Assembly: GCA_030602345.1 (NCBI GenBank)
Contig: JAUVZX010000001.1
Location: forward strand, 1,668 to 65,667
Length of the DNA: 64,000 nt
Reading direction: 5' to 3'
Source of the DNA: Bacilli bacterium
GTDB lineage: Bacteria > Bacillota_I > Bacilli_A > RF39 > UBA660
Within the stretch, counting starts at the first letter, position 1. Every line of letters starts with the position of its first letter. The notes under the pieces were generated by a model. The model was given only the letters and a program-made list of their open reading frames with translations. It searched no databases and was not told the origin of the DNA. The position numbers and the translations under genes are program-made. Of the stretch, positions 1 to 9,620 are shown in pieces.

Positions 1-1423
1 TTCCTGAATTCGTTTCTTTTAAATATCTAACTGCATCTTTAATACTTAGTTCATCTTCACAAACAATATTATTTAAAGCAGGCCCTAAAGCTACTGAAAT
101 AGCTTTTAAGTATTTTTCATCTATTTCAATTATATTAACTAAGGCATCAATTATTCCTGACAATTTAGGATTAGATAATACTTTTCTAACACTTTCTGGA
201 AAACCTCCATTGTTTTCAACAATATCTCTTAATTGATCTATTTTAGTTTTATTTATCAATTTAGTTTTATTTAAAGAATAAATTTTCTCTTCTGTTTCTT
301 TTCTATTAGAAACAACATTATTAATTTCTTTCGCTTTAATATCGATAATACTTAAATGACTATTCAATTCATTTTCTAAATCTTTTAATGATTTTTCTTT
401 ATTTTTAATTTCAGTTTGTAATGATAATTGGTGTTCCTTCAAGATAAGTAAATTATTGTGATATTTTATATCTTCAACTTCATATTTACTTCTTTCTAAA
501 ACAATTTGTTTTTGCGAATTTATTTGCTCGACTAATTTAGTTTGTTCTAATAACTTAGTTTGAAAAATATTTATTTCAATGTCTAATTTAGCCATCTTAT
601 TATTAAACTCACTTATTTTAGCCTCATTTAATGATGTTTTAGATGATAACTTAATTATTTCATCATTGAGCATCATAATCTCTTGTTTTAAAACTTGATA
701 ACGATCATTATTATTTTTAATTTCATGCGCTAATAAACTAACTTCAATATTAGTCAAACTATCTTTTAAATCAACATAGATTAAAGCTTGCTTTTTTTGA
801 GTTTCCAAAGGTTCTAATTGGTTTTCTAATTCAACAATTATATCATTTATTCTAACTAAATTATCCTTAGTCTTAGTTAGTTTTCTTAAAGCTTCATCTT
901 TTCTTTTTTTATACTTTAAAACTCCCGCGGCTTCTTCAAAAATTATTCTTCTTTCATATGGCTTAGAATTGATTATTTCTTCTATCTTACCTTGAGAAAT
1001 AATATTATAACTTTCTTTAGACATACCCGAATCTAATAATAGATTAGTAATATCTTTTAGACGACACTTCTCGCCATTGATGAAATATTCGTTAGTTCCA
1101 TCGATATACACTCTTCTTTTAATAACTATTTCTTCAGTTGGTAAATTTAAATAGTGATCACTATTATCAAACACTAAAGAAACAGAAGCACTATTAAGAG
1201 CCTTTCTTGATTTGCTTCCTGAAAAAATAACATCAGTCATGCCATCTTCACCACGAAGAGACTTGATAGATTGTTCTCCCAAAACCCATTTAATGGCATC
1301 GACAATATTACTCTTACCACTTCCGTTTGGTCCAACTATTCCAGTAATATTTTTATCTAATTCGATACTTATTTTATCCGCAAAAGATTTAAAACCCTGC
1401 GCTCTAATTTCTTTTAAATACAT
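1..1423 (-). CDS. smc: Chromosome segregation protein SMC, N-terminal portion; the gene runs off the window start
   Basis: Reverse-complement translation from ATG at 1423 gives MYLKEIRAQGFKSFADKISIELDKNITGIVGPNGSGKSNIVDAIKWVLGEQS (Walker A) followed by long coiled-coil sequence. Absent from the ORF track because no stop codon lies within the window. Confidence 0.8.
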   Translation of the reverse strand, partial: MYLKEIRAQGFKSFADKISIELDKNITGIVGPNGSGKSNIVDAIKWVLGEQSIKSLRGEDGMTDVIFSGSKSRKALNSASVSLVFDNSDHYLNLPTEEIVIKRRVYIDGTNEYFINGEKCRLKDITNLLLDSGMSKESYNIISQGKIEEIINSKPYERRIIFEEAAGVLKYKKRKDEALRKLTKTKDNLVRINDIIVELENQLEPLETQKKQALIYVDLKDSLTNIEVSLLAHEIKNNNDRYQVLKQEIMMLNDEIIKLSSKTSLNEAKISEFNNKMAKLDIEINIFQTKLLEQTKLVEQINSQKQIVLERSKYEVEDIKYHNNLLILKEHQLSLQTEIKNKEKSLKDLENELNSHLSIIDIKAKEINNVVSNRKETEEKIYSLNKTKLINKTKIDQLRDIVENNGGFPESVRKVLSNPKLSGIIDALVNIIEIDEKYLKAISVALGPALNNIVCEDELSIKDAVRYLKETNSG

Positions 1424-1679
1424 AATTCACCCGCAAACTATTTATATTATACTATACTAGGCTTTTATAAACAACAAAAAAACCCAGAAAAGCGACGCCA
1501 AAACGATAAAACCTGATCTTCCAGGGGGATGACTTTTTATACCATTAGGATCCTCAACTAAATGAGTGTTCAACACAAGTATAAGTTGAAGTCTTCCAAT
1601 CGTTACTACTTAGCGATTTTCATATATGACAATCGTCTTTTCTAGGTTAATTTAATTTTACCACTTATTAATATAATAT

Positions 1680-2471
1680 TCAACTATACTCATCTAAAAA
1701 GTGTGTCACTTTTCCATTTCTTTTATGCTTAATTACTGAGTCTAAATAAACATTTTGAGCAGAATTAAAGATATTTTTAATTATAAATTGATTTTCTTTT
1801 TCTAAGTCATTTAACATTTCTTTTACTTTTAAACGCATCGATTTATTTTGCATTTTCGATAAAGGACAACCACCACATGCAATGAAATTCAAATTATTGT
1901 AATTTGCCCATCTGATGATATCTCTTTCTCTCACAAAATATAAAGGTCTAATTAATTCCATATTATCAAAATTCTTACTCCTTAATTTAGGCATCATCGA
2001 TTGATAACTACCATTATAAAATAAGTTAAGCATAATTGTTCCAATTACATCATCATAATGATGACCTAAAGCTATTTTATTACAATTTAAGCTTTTAGCA
2101 AAAGCATATAAATGGCCCCTTCTTTGTTTTGCACATAAATAGCAAGGATTATCTTTATCTTTGACAATATCAAAAATAGTCGTATCAAAAGTATTAATTT
2201 TTATATCTAATAATGCCGCATTAGTAACTGTTTTATCAAAGTCTTCTTTACTATATCCAGGATTCATTAATATATACTCTACTTCGAATTTAGTACCACT
2301 GTATTTTTGAAAATTTTTCATTAGTAAAGCTAGTAAAAAAGAATCTTTACCACCACTTATACAAACAGCTACTCTATCGTTTTCTTTAATCATTTCAAAC
2401 TCTTTAACTGCTCTTACAAAGGGAGAATATAACTCCTTCTTATATGTTTTATATATACTTTTTTCAATCAT
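1680..2471 (-). CDS. PP-loop ATPase, TtcA-like tRNA 2-thiocytidine synthase family
   Basis: SGGKDS PP-loop motif (CISGGKDS) plus CxxC cysteine pairs (CYLC, CGGC). Confidence 0.55.
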   Translation of the reverse strand: MIEKSIYKTYKKELYSPFVRAVKEFEMIKENDRVAVCISGGKDSFLLALLMKNFQKYSGTKFEVEYILMNPGYSKEDFDKTVTNAALLDIKINTFDTTIFDIVKDKDNPCYLCAKQRRGHLYAFAKSLNCNKIALGHHYDDVIGTIMLNLFYNGSYQSMMPKLRSKNFDNMELIRPLYFVRERDIIRWANYNNLNFIACGGCPLSKMQNKSMRLKVKEMLNDLEKENQFIIKNIFNSAQNVYLDSVIKHKRNGKVTHFLDEYS

Positions 2472-2506
2472 AAAATCACCTATAAAATTATACCATAAAA
2501 AAAGAG

Positions 2507-3577
2507 CTATGCTCTTTCTTTTTTACTTAATCTTTCTTTTAATTCTCTTTCATAAAATTTATATGCTCCTATTATTGCAATTGCTACTGGTAATGAAATA
2601 ATTACTCCAATTGTTCCTATTAATAAACCACCAGCAAATACTGCAAAAATAATTATTAAAGGATGGATTGAATTTGTTTTTCCATAAACCATCGGATTAA
2701 TTACAAAACCATCAATAATTGATAACACTGCTGACACTATTAAAGTTTTTAAGAACATAAACGGACTGAAAACAAATGCTGTTATTAAAGCTAAAGCATT
2801 GTTTGCAAGACCACCAAAATATGGAATCAAATTAACAAACGCTGCTAAGAAACCAAGCAACAATGCATTTGGATGACCAATGATTAAATATGCAATTGTA
2901 TATTCAAAATATGAGATAACCATTACTTTCAATAATCCATTTATATAACTTCTTAAGTCTTTATCTAGTATAGATAAATAATTATATAGTTTTTCAGAAC
3001 GATGATAAATAATTTTCTTTAACACTTCTTTAATTTTATCAAAATCAATTAGAAAATATATAGATGATGCAAAAACAATTAATACATTCCCCAAAAATGA
3101 AATTGATGTATTGACAAAGCTTACTGCTCCATCTGAGATATGTTGACTAAGAGTTGAAACAATATTTCCAAAAGTATCTTTAAGTGTCGTTTCCAAAATA
3201 ACAAAATCAAAATTATATGTATTTTCAATTTCATCAACGAATTTAATAATACCATCAAACAATGATGTAATTTGTCCAAATAATAATGGTATAGCTAAAC
3301 CAAATATTAACATAATAACAAAAATGGATGTTAAAACAACAATTAAGATTGCTAAGTTTTTATTGATAATAAACTTTCCTACTTTTTTTCCTGTAAAAAA
3401 TATTACTCCTGGATATAAAGCATATGCTATAGCAAAAGAAATCATAAATGGTAATAATATTTTAATAATCGTATTTATTACTCCTATCCATAAACCTATT
3501 GTTTGATGCAAAATTAATACTATTATTCCTATAAGAGCAATATTGATTAATTTATAGTCTAATTTATTTGAAATCAT
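2507..3577 (-). CDS. AI-2E family transporter (PerM/YhhT-like membrane protein)
   Basis: 356 aa polytopic membrane protein with the length and hydrophobic pattern typical of AI-2E family permeases. Confidence 0.5.
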   Translation of the reverse strand: MISNKLDYKLINIALIGIIVLILHQTIGLWIGVINTIIKILLPFMISFAIAYALYPGVIFFTGKKVGKFIINKNLAILIVVLTSIFVIMLIFGLAIPLLFGQITSLFDGIIKFVDEIENTYNFDFVILETTLKDTFGNIVSTLSQHISDGAVSFVNTSISFLGNVLIVFASSIYFLIDFDKIKEVLKKIIYHRSEKLYNYLSILDKDLRSYINGLLKVMVISYFEYTIAYLIIGHPNALLLGFLAAFVNLIPYFGGLANNALALITAFVFSPFMFLKTLIVSAVLSIIDGFVINPMVYGKTNSIHPLIIIFAVFAGGLLIGTIGVIISLPVAIAIIGAYKFYERELKERLSKKERA

Positions 3578-3586
3578 AACCCACCT

Positions 3587-4018
3587 TTAACTTTCTAAGA
3601 TGATCGTAACTGGACCATCGTTTTCTACTTCTATTTTCATATATTCCCCAAAAAAACCTTGTTCTAGAGGAACTTTTTGAATCAACCTTTTATTAAATTC
3701 TTGATATAAGTCATTAGCTAAATTAGCTCCTAAAACTTTATCAAAACTTGGTCTCCTACCCTTATTAGTATCTGCATACAATGTAAATTGTGAAATACTT
3801 AATATTGAACCTTTTACATCCAAAATACTTAAATTTAAATTACCCGTCTCATCACTAAATACTCTTAAATTAATTATTTTATCAATCATATAATCTAATT
3901 TAGATATATCATCTTCTTTATTAAACCCAACTAATAAATAATATCCTTGATTAATAGTCCTTGTTTCTTTTAAATTGGAAACTGAACCTCTTTTTATTCG
4001 TTGTAGAATAACTCTCAT
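3587..4018 (-). CDS. dtd: D-aminoacyl-tRNA deacylase
   Basis: 143 aa, SQFTLYAD and GRRPSF motifs; sits immediately downstream of relA, the conserved relA-dtd pair. Confidence 0.85.
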   Translation of the reverse strand: MRVILQRIKRGSVSNLKETRTINQGYYLLVGFNKEDDISKLDYMIDKIINLRVFSDETGNLNLSILDVKGSILSISQFTLYADTNKGRRPSFDKVLGANLANDLYQEFNKRLIQKVPLEQGFFGEYMKIEVENDGPVTIILES

Positions 4019-6183
4019 TATTTAATCAACCTTTCAACTGCAATTATATGTTTAATACTACTTATATCATTCATATACTTATTTATTTTTTCAAAAGATG
4101 CTACTTGAACCACTATTTCAAAATGATACTCATCATTTAAAGTGTTGATAGTATTAATACTTTGAATTGTAATATCATTATTAGATGTTTTAGCAATTAT
4201 GTCAAGTAAAACCTTCTTATTTTCAGTCGAAGTAACTAAAAGACTAGCAGGATACTTTTTATTAGTATTATTCTCGTTCCAATAGACATCAATAATTCTT
4301 TCCGAAGTGTCTTTTATGTTTGGACAAACCGAACGGTGAACTGTAACTCCATATCCTTTGGTAACATACCCTACGATTGGATCTTTATAAATTGGTCTAC
4401 AACAACTAGCTAGATTAATTTTAATATCGGTCGTTCCTTCGACTAAGATATCTCCTTTAATAGTAGTTTCTTTAATTGGTTTAGCTGTTCTTTTTAAAAT
4501 CAAATCTTCTTTACTGTCATTTTCGTTATATAAAAAATTAATTATTTGAGTTGCATTATACTTACCATTACCTAAATCAATATATAATTCATTCAAATCT
4601 TGAACTTTATAATTTTCAATTAACTTACTAATATTATCATTACTAAAGAATTCAGAAATAGGTATTTTCTTCTTTTTAACTTCTTTATTTAATAAGTCTT
4701 CTCCCTTTTTCAAATATTCTTCTTTATCTAATTTATTAAAATATGACTTAATTTTATTTTTAGCTTGATATGTCTTGGCCATATTTATCCATTCACGAGA
4801 TGGACCATTTTGATTTTTATTAGTATTAATTTTAATAATATCATTATCTTTAAGTTCATAATCTAAAGGGACAATAGCATTATTAACTAATGCTCCCACC
4901 ATTTTATCACCGACTCCACTGTGAACTTTATAAGCAAAGTCAATTGGTGTACTTCCTTTCGGAAGTTCAATAACATCCCCTTTAGGAGTAAAAACATATA
5001 TGTTATCATCTAAAACATCACTATGAACTTTGTTCATAAATTCTTCATCACTAAGTGGCGAATTTTTTATTTCCATGAGTGTTTTAAAGAACTGTAATTT
5101 AGCTTCCATAGCACTTTGCATTGAAGTTTTACTATTCTCTTTATAAGACCAGTGTGATGCAATACCATTTTCTGCTACTAAATCCATATTATATGTTCTA
5201 ATTTGAATTTCAAATAACTGTTCATTAACTCCAAATACTGTTGTATGTAATGATTGATACATATTTGTTTTAGGCATCGCTATATAATCTTTAAACCTTT
5301 TAGGAATAGGCTTGTACTTCGAGTGGATCAATCCTAGTGTTTGGTAACACTGTTCTTCTGAATCCACATATATTCTTAAAGCTAATAAATCATATATTTC
5401 ATTAAAAGTTTTCCCTTTATCTAACTTATTATATATACTATAGATACTCTTAGATCTACCCTTAATTTTATGGGCAATACTATGATCATTCAATATTTTA
5501 GAAATGCTTTCTTGCATCAATAAAACATTATTATCTCTTTCTTTCTTAGTCGCATTTAATTTCTCAACAATACCAAAATATACATCGGGTTTTAAATAAC
5601 GTAGCGATAAGTCTTCTAACTCACCTTTAATATGATTCATCCCTAATCTATGAGCAATTGGTACTAATATATCTAAAGCTTCTCTGGCTTTTTCTTTTTG
5701 TGTTTTAGCATCTAAAACCCATAATGTCTGCATGTTATGAAGTCTTTCAGCTAATTTTATAATAATAACCCTAACATCTTCCGAAAGACCAACTAATATT
5801 TTTCTGTGATTTGCTATCATTGCTTCGTTATCTGCTGAAAAATTCAACTTATTAATAGTAGTAACACCCAATATTAAACTTAATATCACTTCACCAAACA
5901 CTTTTCTTATATCTTCTTCTGTTAATAAGTTATATTCAATTGAATCATATAAAAAAGCAGCACATATTGTTTCATAATCGGCTTTAATTGTCGACAAAAT
6001 GTAAGCAACGTGTAAATAGTGAGTAATGGCATCATCCCCACTTAATCTTTTTTCATCTTTATGAATTTCATCTGACTTCAAATAAGCCTTTTCAATCAGA
6101 TTCAACATATCTTTCTCTTCAATATATTCTTTTATTTTAGAAAATACTAATTCAAAAGAGATTGGAACATCTAATTTCGTCAT
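4018..6183 (-). CDS. relA: GTP pyrophosphokinase, (p)ppGpp synthetase/hydrolase, RelA/SpoT family
   Basis: 721 aa with HD hydrolase, RelA_SpoT synthetase, TGS and ACT-like regions. Confidence 0.9.
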   Translation of the reverse strand: MTKLDVPISFELVFSKIKEYIEEKDMLNLIEKAYLKSDEIHKDEKRLSGDDAITHYLHVAYILSTIKADYETICAAFLYDSIEYNLLTEEDIRKVFGEVILSLILGVTTINKLNFSADNEAMIANHRKILVGLSEDVRVIIIKLAERLHNMQTLWVLDAKTQKEKAREALDILVPIAHRLGMNHIKGELEDLSLRYLKPDVYFGIVEKLNATKKERDNNVLLMQESISKILNDHSIAHKIKGRSKSIYSIYNKLDKGKTFNEIYDLLALRIYVDSEEQCYQTLGLIHSKYKPIPKRFKDYIAMPKTNMYQSLHTTVFGVNEQLFEIQIRTYNMDLVAENGIASHWSYKENSKTSMQSAMEAKLQFFKTLMEIKNSPLSDEEFMNKVHSDVLDDNIYVFTPKGDVIELPKGSTPIDFAYKVHSGVGDKMVGALVNNAIVPLDYELKDNDIIKINTNKNQNGPSREWINMAKTYQAKNKIKSYFNKLDKEEYLKKGEDLLNKEVKKKKIPISEFFSNDNISKLIENYKVQDLNELYIDLGNGKYNATQIINFLYNENDSKEDLILKRTAKPIKETTIKGDILVEGTTDIKINLASCCRPIYKDPIVGYVTKGYGVTVHRSVCPNIKDTSERIIDVYWNENNTNKKYPASLLVTSTENKKVLLDIIAKTSNNDITIQSINTINTLNDEYHFEIVVQVASFEKINKYMNDISSIKHIIAVERLIK

Positions 6184-6184
6184 A

Positions 6185-6457
6185 TTAGTCCTCTTTTTCT
6201 AAGATAACACTTCTTTCATAATGTTTTAAATTATTTTTAAAATAATTATCTATTTTAACTGGATCAGTGTTCATAATGTCACTAACCATATCATATAAAG
6301 ATAAATTTTTAGTTAAAGACCATTTTGTCTCCTTAAAAAAATTCCAAATGTCTTCCGCTTCGATATAATAATATCCTTCTCTTCTTAATTCGTTTTTCTT
6401 AGCTCTTAAAGCTGGCATAATTCTATCATATAGTTCTTGTTGCGTTTTAAATTCCAT
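6185..6457 (-). CDS. Small hypothetical protein, possibly a ComN-like post-transcriptional regulator
   Basis: 90 aa. The EDIWNFFKETKWS and DMVSDIM pattern is reminiscent of ComN/YrzD-like proteins. Weak call. Confidence 0.3.
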   Translation of the reverse strand: MEFKTQQELYDRIMPALRAKKNELRREGYYYIEAEDIWNFFKETKWSLTKNLSLYDMVSDIMNTDPVKIDNYFKNNLKHYERSVILEKED

Positions 6458-6506
6458 TTATATCACCTACTATCATTATATATTAAATTGCAAAGAAAAA
6501 GCAATG

Positions 6507-6719
6507 TTAGTCGATAAACTTATTCATTGCTTTCATCATTTGATTTACTTGTTTTTGACTAGGAGTTCTTCCCATTTGTGTCATCATTGTTTTAATCATC
6601 GCTTCATTGATCGGTGGGTTTTTCTTTAATTGATCTTTCATAACTTTTTTAGCTACTAAAAATCCGATTACTAAACCGATAATGACTCCGAATAAAATTT
6701 GTAAAATATCTATTAACAT
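6507..6719 (-). CDS. UPF0154 (YneF-like) small membrane protein
   Basis: 70 aa with one N-terminal TM helix, then a [23 protein letters not shown] motif typical of UPF0154. Confidence 0.6.
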   Translation of the reverse strand: MLIDILQILFGVIIGLVIGFLVAKKVMKDQLKKNPPINEAMIKTMMTQMGRTPSQKQVNQMMKAMNKFID

Positions 6720-6756
6720 ATTTCCTCCTTCATCTATTTTACTAGATTATAACTAA

Positions 6757-8619
6757 CTAATCAATTAGTTTCTTGATATAAGTAACTACTTTATCTTTAG
6801 TAAAGCCATATTTATCAAACACTTCGTCTCTTGAACCACTTGCTCCAAAAGTATCCATACTTATTATATATTTTTTATCATAAACAAATGGATACCAAGA
6901 AATAGAATGCCCCGCTTCTATCGCAATTACTTTCTTTGCAGGTGTTAAAATAGTTTTATAACTTTTAATAAATAAATTATAATCAAGTACACTAATTACT
7001 TCTAAATCGATCTTATATTTATCATATAGCTCTTGTTGAACTTCTAAAGCTACTTTAACTTCATAACCTGTCGCTAAGATGGTTCCCTGAAGATTATTTT
7101 TGTGTGGAGCTATAATATATGCTCCTTTTTCGATATTGGCAACATGATCAAAATTATTGATTTTTTCTTTTGTGACTACTAATACTGAAGGATTATTTTT
7201 AGTTATTGCTGTTTTCCAAGCTAATTTCAATTCAACTTGATCATAAGGACGATATACATTTAAATTAGGTATCATTCTTAAGTGACCTAAATGTTCAATT
7301 GGTTGATGAGTTGGACCATCTTGACCAATTGAAATTGAGTCGTGAGTAAATACGTATATTACATCTAAATTCATTAAAGCAGATAATCTTAAAGCAGGCT
7401 TTAAATAATCCATAAACGTTAAGAATGTTGAAACAACTACTTTATAACCAGACATTGCTAAACCATTGGCAATCGCAGCCATTGTATGCTCTCTTACACC
7501 ATAGTATAAGTTTTGACCCACAAAAGTATCGTTAATGGCCATAGCAGACTCTATCTTAGTTTTATTAGAAGAAAATAAATCTGCACTTCCTGAAATAAAC
7601 ATATCATTTTGTTTTCCTAAATGAGTGATTATCTTTCCATTTGAAGTTCTTAATTCTTCATTAACTTCATCAAAAACAAAATCATTTAAATTTAAAGTTA
7701 CTTTTTCTATTTTTTTCTTAGAAGTAAGATTATATTTGTCCATACTTCTTTTTAAAATCATGTTCTTATACGCTTCTTGAGCTTCTTTTGAAAACTCAAA
7801 TGCATTTTCAAATTCTAAGCTTCTTTTTACATTGGCTAAATCATCTTCTGCTAAAGGTTGACCATGAACTATATTGGTACTTTGTTTTCTAGATAATCTA
7901 CCAATAATAGTGTCGATTTTAATAATGGTTGGCTTTTTATTAGCCTTAGCTTTAGAAATAGCCTCATCTATTTTGTTAATATCTACTCCATTATTAACAT
8001 ATTCAGTAGCAAAACCAAAAGAAGCAAATCTTGCTAAAACATTTTCATCAAAAACTTTATCTATTTTTCCATCTAAACTAATGTTATTAGCGTCATATAA
8101 AATAATTAAATTATCTAAATTTAAACTTCCTGCAAGTGAAGCAGCCTCATAACTAATACCTTCCATTAAATCGCCATCACTAACTAAAACATAAACTCTA
8201 TAGTCAATTGATGGGTCTTTTTGATGCATTTTTTTAGCCGCTAAAGCCATTCCAACAGCATTCGCTATTCCTTGTCCCAATGGACCCGTTGTCGCTTCTA
8301 CACCTCTGAAAACATCTAATTCTGGATGTCCAGGAGTATGTGAATCTACTTGACGAAAATTCATCAAATCTTCCATTTTAAAATTATATCCCGCCATAAA
8401 TAAATTAGCATATAAAAGAGCACTCCCATGGCCTGCTGAAAGAACAAAACGATCTCTATTTATCCAAGCAGGATCATAAGGATTAGCAATAAGATGTTTA
8501 GAAAATAATGTATAAACTATTTCAGCAGCTCCTAAAACAATTCCAGGATGACCACTTTTAGCATTATTAATCATATCTAAACCTAAAGATTTAATATTAT
8601 TTATTATTAACTTATCCAT
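6757..8619 (-). CDS. tkt: Transketolase
   Basis: 620 aa, N-terminal SGHPG thiamine-diphosphate motif, full-length transketolase architecture. Confidence 0.9.
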   Translation of the reverse strand: MDKLIINNIKSLGLDMINNAKSGHPGIVLGAAEIVYTLFSKHLIANPYDPAWINRDRFVLSAGHGSALLYANLFMAGYNFKMEDLMNFRQVDSHTPGHPELDVFRGVEATTGPLGQGIANAVGMALAAKKMHQKDPSIDYRVYVLVSDGDLMEGISYEAASLAGSLNLDNLIILYDANNISLDGKIDKVFDENVLARFASFGFATEYVNNGVDINKIDEAISKAKANKKPTIIKIDTIIGRLSRKQSTNIVHGQPLAEDDLANVKRSLEFENAFEFSKEAQEAYKNMILKRSMDKYNLTSKKKIEKVTLNLNDFVFDEVNEELRTSNGKIITHLGKQNDMFISGSADLFSSNKTKIESAMAINDTFVGQNLYYGVREHTMAAIANGLAMSGYKVVVSTFLTFMDYLKPALRLSALMNLDVIYVFTHDSISIGQDGPTHQPIEHLGHLRMIPNLNVYRPYDQVELKLAWKTAITKNNPSVLVVTKEKINNFDHVANIEKGAYIIAPHKNNLQGTILATGYEVKVALEVQQELYDKYKIDLEVISVLDYNLFIKSYKTILTPAKKVIAIEAGHSISWYPFVYDKKYIISMDTFGASGSRDEVFDKYGFTKDKVVTYIKKLID

Positions 8620-8645
8620 AATACCTCTATTCTTATATCATTATA

Positions 8646-8675
8646 CCAAAAAAAAGAAAGTATATAAACTTTCTT
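8646..8675 (-). terminator. Rho-independent terminator for the small SOS-regulated ORF
   Basis: Hairpin AAGAAAGT-ATATAA-ACTTTCTT, followed on the minus strand by a run of 8 T, immediately after the stop of the 28-aa ORF. Confidence 0.45.
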
Positions 8676-8688
8676 TTAATTATTATAT

Positions 8689-8775
8689 CTAAGCTCCAAA
8701 GTAAGCGACAAAAGCTAAAAATATAACCATGCCCATTATATATTTGTTTAAAAATAAATAGTATAACTCTACCAT
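8689..8775 (-). CDS. Unannotated 28-aa hydrophobic peptide (MVELYYLFLNKYIMGMVIFLAFVAYFGA); candidate SOS-induced small membrane toxin or division inhibitor
   Basis: ATG preceded by GAAGGAGG at 5-nt spacing. Divergent from lexA. Its promoter carries a LexA box between -35 and -10, and it has its own terminator. Below the size cutoff of the ORF track. Confidence 0.45.
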   Translation of the reverse strand: MVELYYLFLNKYIMGMVIFLAFVAYFGA

Positions 8776-8797
8776 ATTATACCTCCTTCGTAATTCT

Positions 8798-8826
8798 ATC
8801 TTATAACAAACATTTGTTCGTGTCAA
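8798..8826 (-). promoter_or_regulatory. Sigma-A-type promoter for the small peptide gene (-35 TTGACA, 17-bp spacer, -10 TAAGAT)
   Basis: On the minus strand: TTGACA, then cgaacaaatgtttgtta, then TAAGAT. The 17-bp spacer contains the LexA box. Confidence 0.45.
8807..8820. promoter_or_regulatory. LexA operator (Cheo box-like, CGAACAAATGTTTG) inside the small-peptide promoter
   Basis: Reverse complement is CGAACAAATGTTTG, one mismatch from the CGAACnnnnGTTCG Firmicutes SOS box. Lies between the -35 and -10 of the minus-strand promoter. Confidence 0.6.
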
Positions 8827-8834
8827 TCATTAAA

Positions 8835-8848
8835 CGAACAAATGTTTG
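8835..8848. promoter_or_regulatory. LexA operator (Cheo box-like, CGAACAAATGTTTG) overlapping the -35 of the lexA promoter
   Basis: Identical 14-mer in the opposite orientation, overlapping TTGACT (8846-8851). Consistent with autoregulation of lexA. Confidence 0.6.
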
Positions 8849-8874
8849 ACTAAAGTGTAAACTTATGTTAATAT
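8846..8874 (+). promoter_or_regulatory. lexA promoter (-35 TTGACT, 17-bp spacer, -10 TAATAT)
   Basis: Hexamers read directly from the sequence, 20 nt upstream of the lexA RBS (GAGGTG). Confidence 0.5.
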
Positions 8875-8893
8875 ATTTATATAGAGGTGTTAT

Positions 8894-9511
8894 ATGAATG
8901 ATTTAACCAAAAAACAACAAATAATTTTTGATTATATTAAAAAATCTATATTAAAGAATGGATATCCTCCAACAGTAAGAGAAATAGCGAGTGATTTAGG
9001 ACTTTCTTCTCCTGCTACTATTCATGCTCATCTAACTAAGCTAGAAGAAAAAGGATTTATCAGAAAAGATAATTCTAAAAATCGCGCAATCGAATTATTA
9101 AAAGAAAAAAACAAAGAACCCATAAGCGATTTGATTGCTAAAGTTCCTCTTTTAGGAAAAGTTACTGCAGGTAATCCAATTGAAGCAATCAATAATCCTG
9201 ATGAATTCTTTGATTTACCAACTTACTTAATTCCAAGATCAAAAGAAGTATTTACTCTTTTGGTAAAAGGAGAAAGTATGATTAATGTTGGTATATACGA
9301 TGGTGATATTGTTATTATTGAAAAAACTAATCAAGTTAGAAATGGTGAAATAGTAGTAGCAATGACTGATGAAAATGAAGTAACATTAAAAACTTTCTAT
9401 AAAGAAATGGATCACGTTAGATTGCAACCAGAAAACGATTCAATGAGCCCTATTATTTTAAAAAACGTTACAATATTAGGAAAAGCAATTGGATTATATA
9501 GAAAATTATAA
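8894..9511 (+). CDS. lexA: LexA repressor (S24 peptidase)
   Basis: 205 aa, N-terminal winged-HTH (PPTVREIASDLGLSSPATIHAHL), C-terminal S24 autopeptidase (GESM). Confidence 0.9.
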   Translation: MNDLTKKQQIIFDYIKKSILKNGYPPTVREIASDLGLSSPATIHAHLTKLEEKGFIRKDNSKNRAIELLKEKNKEPISDLIAKVPLLGKVTAGNPIEAINNPDEFFDLPTYLIPRSKEVFTLLVKGESMINVGIYDGDIVIIEKTNQVRNGEIVVAMTDENEVTLKTFYKEMDHVRLQPENDSMSPIILKNVTILGKAIGLYRKL

Positions 9512-9512
9512 A

Positions 9513-9533
9513 AAGCGAATGTCGCTTTTTTTA
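9513..9533 (+). terminator. Rho-independent terminator after lexA
   Basis: AAGCGA-ATG-TCGCTT hairpin followed by TTTTTTT. Confidence 0.55.
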
Positions 9534-9620
9534 ATGTAAACCATTATTAACAGCAAGATATACCATTGTAAATACACAGGTGTTGGAAAAAAACGAGAAA
9601 TAAGTTACAATTATCTTGAG

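Noticed and set aside
1212-1460. 82-aa plus-strand ORF
   Set aside because: It lies antisense inside the smc coding region, which has a clear Walker A N-terminus on the minus strand. No RBS is present.
1424-1679. Possible SRP RNA, 6S RNA, T-box or riboswitch in the ttcA-smc gap
   Set aside because: I could not find the diagnostic motifs: SRP domain IV GGAAGCAGC-type, T-box AGGGUGGNACCGCG, or the tmRNA tRNA-like end. It is kept only as an unexplained long spacer in the findings.
3324-3506. 60-aa plus-strand ORF
   Set aside because: Antisense within the AI-2E transporter gene. A shadow ORF.
7874-8152. 92-aa plus-strand ORF
   Set aside because: Antisense within tkt.
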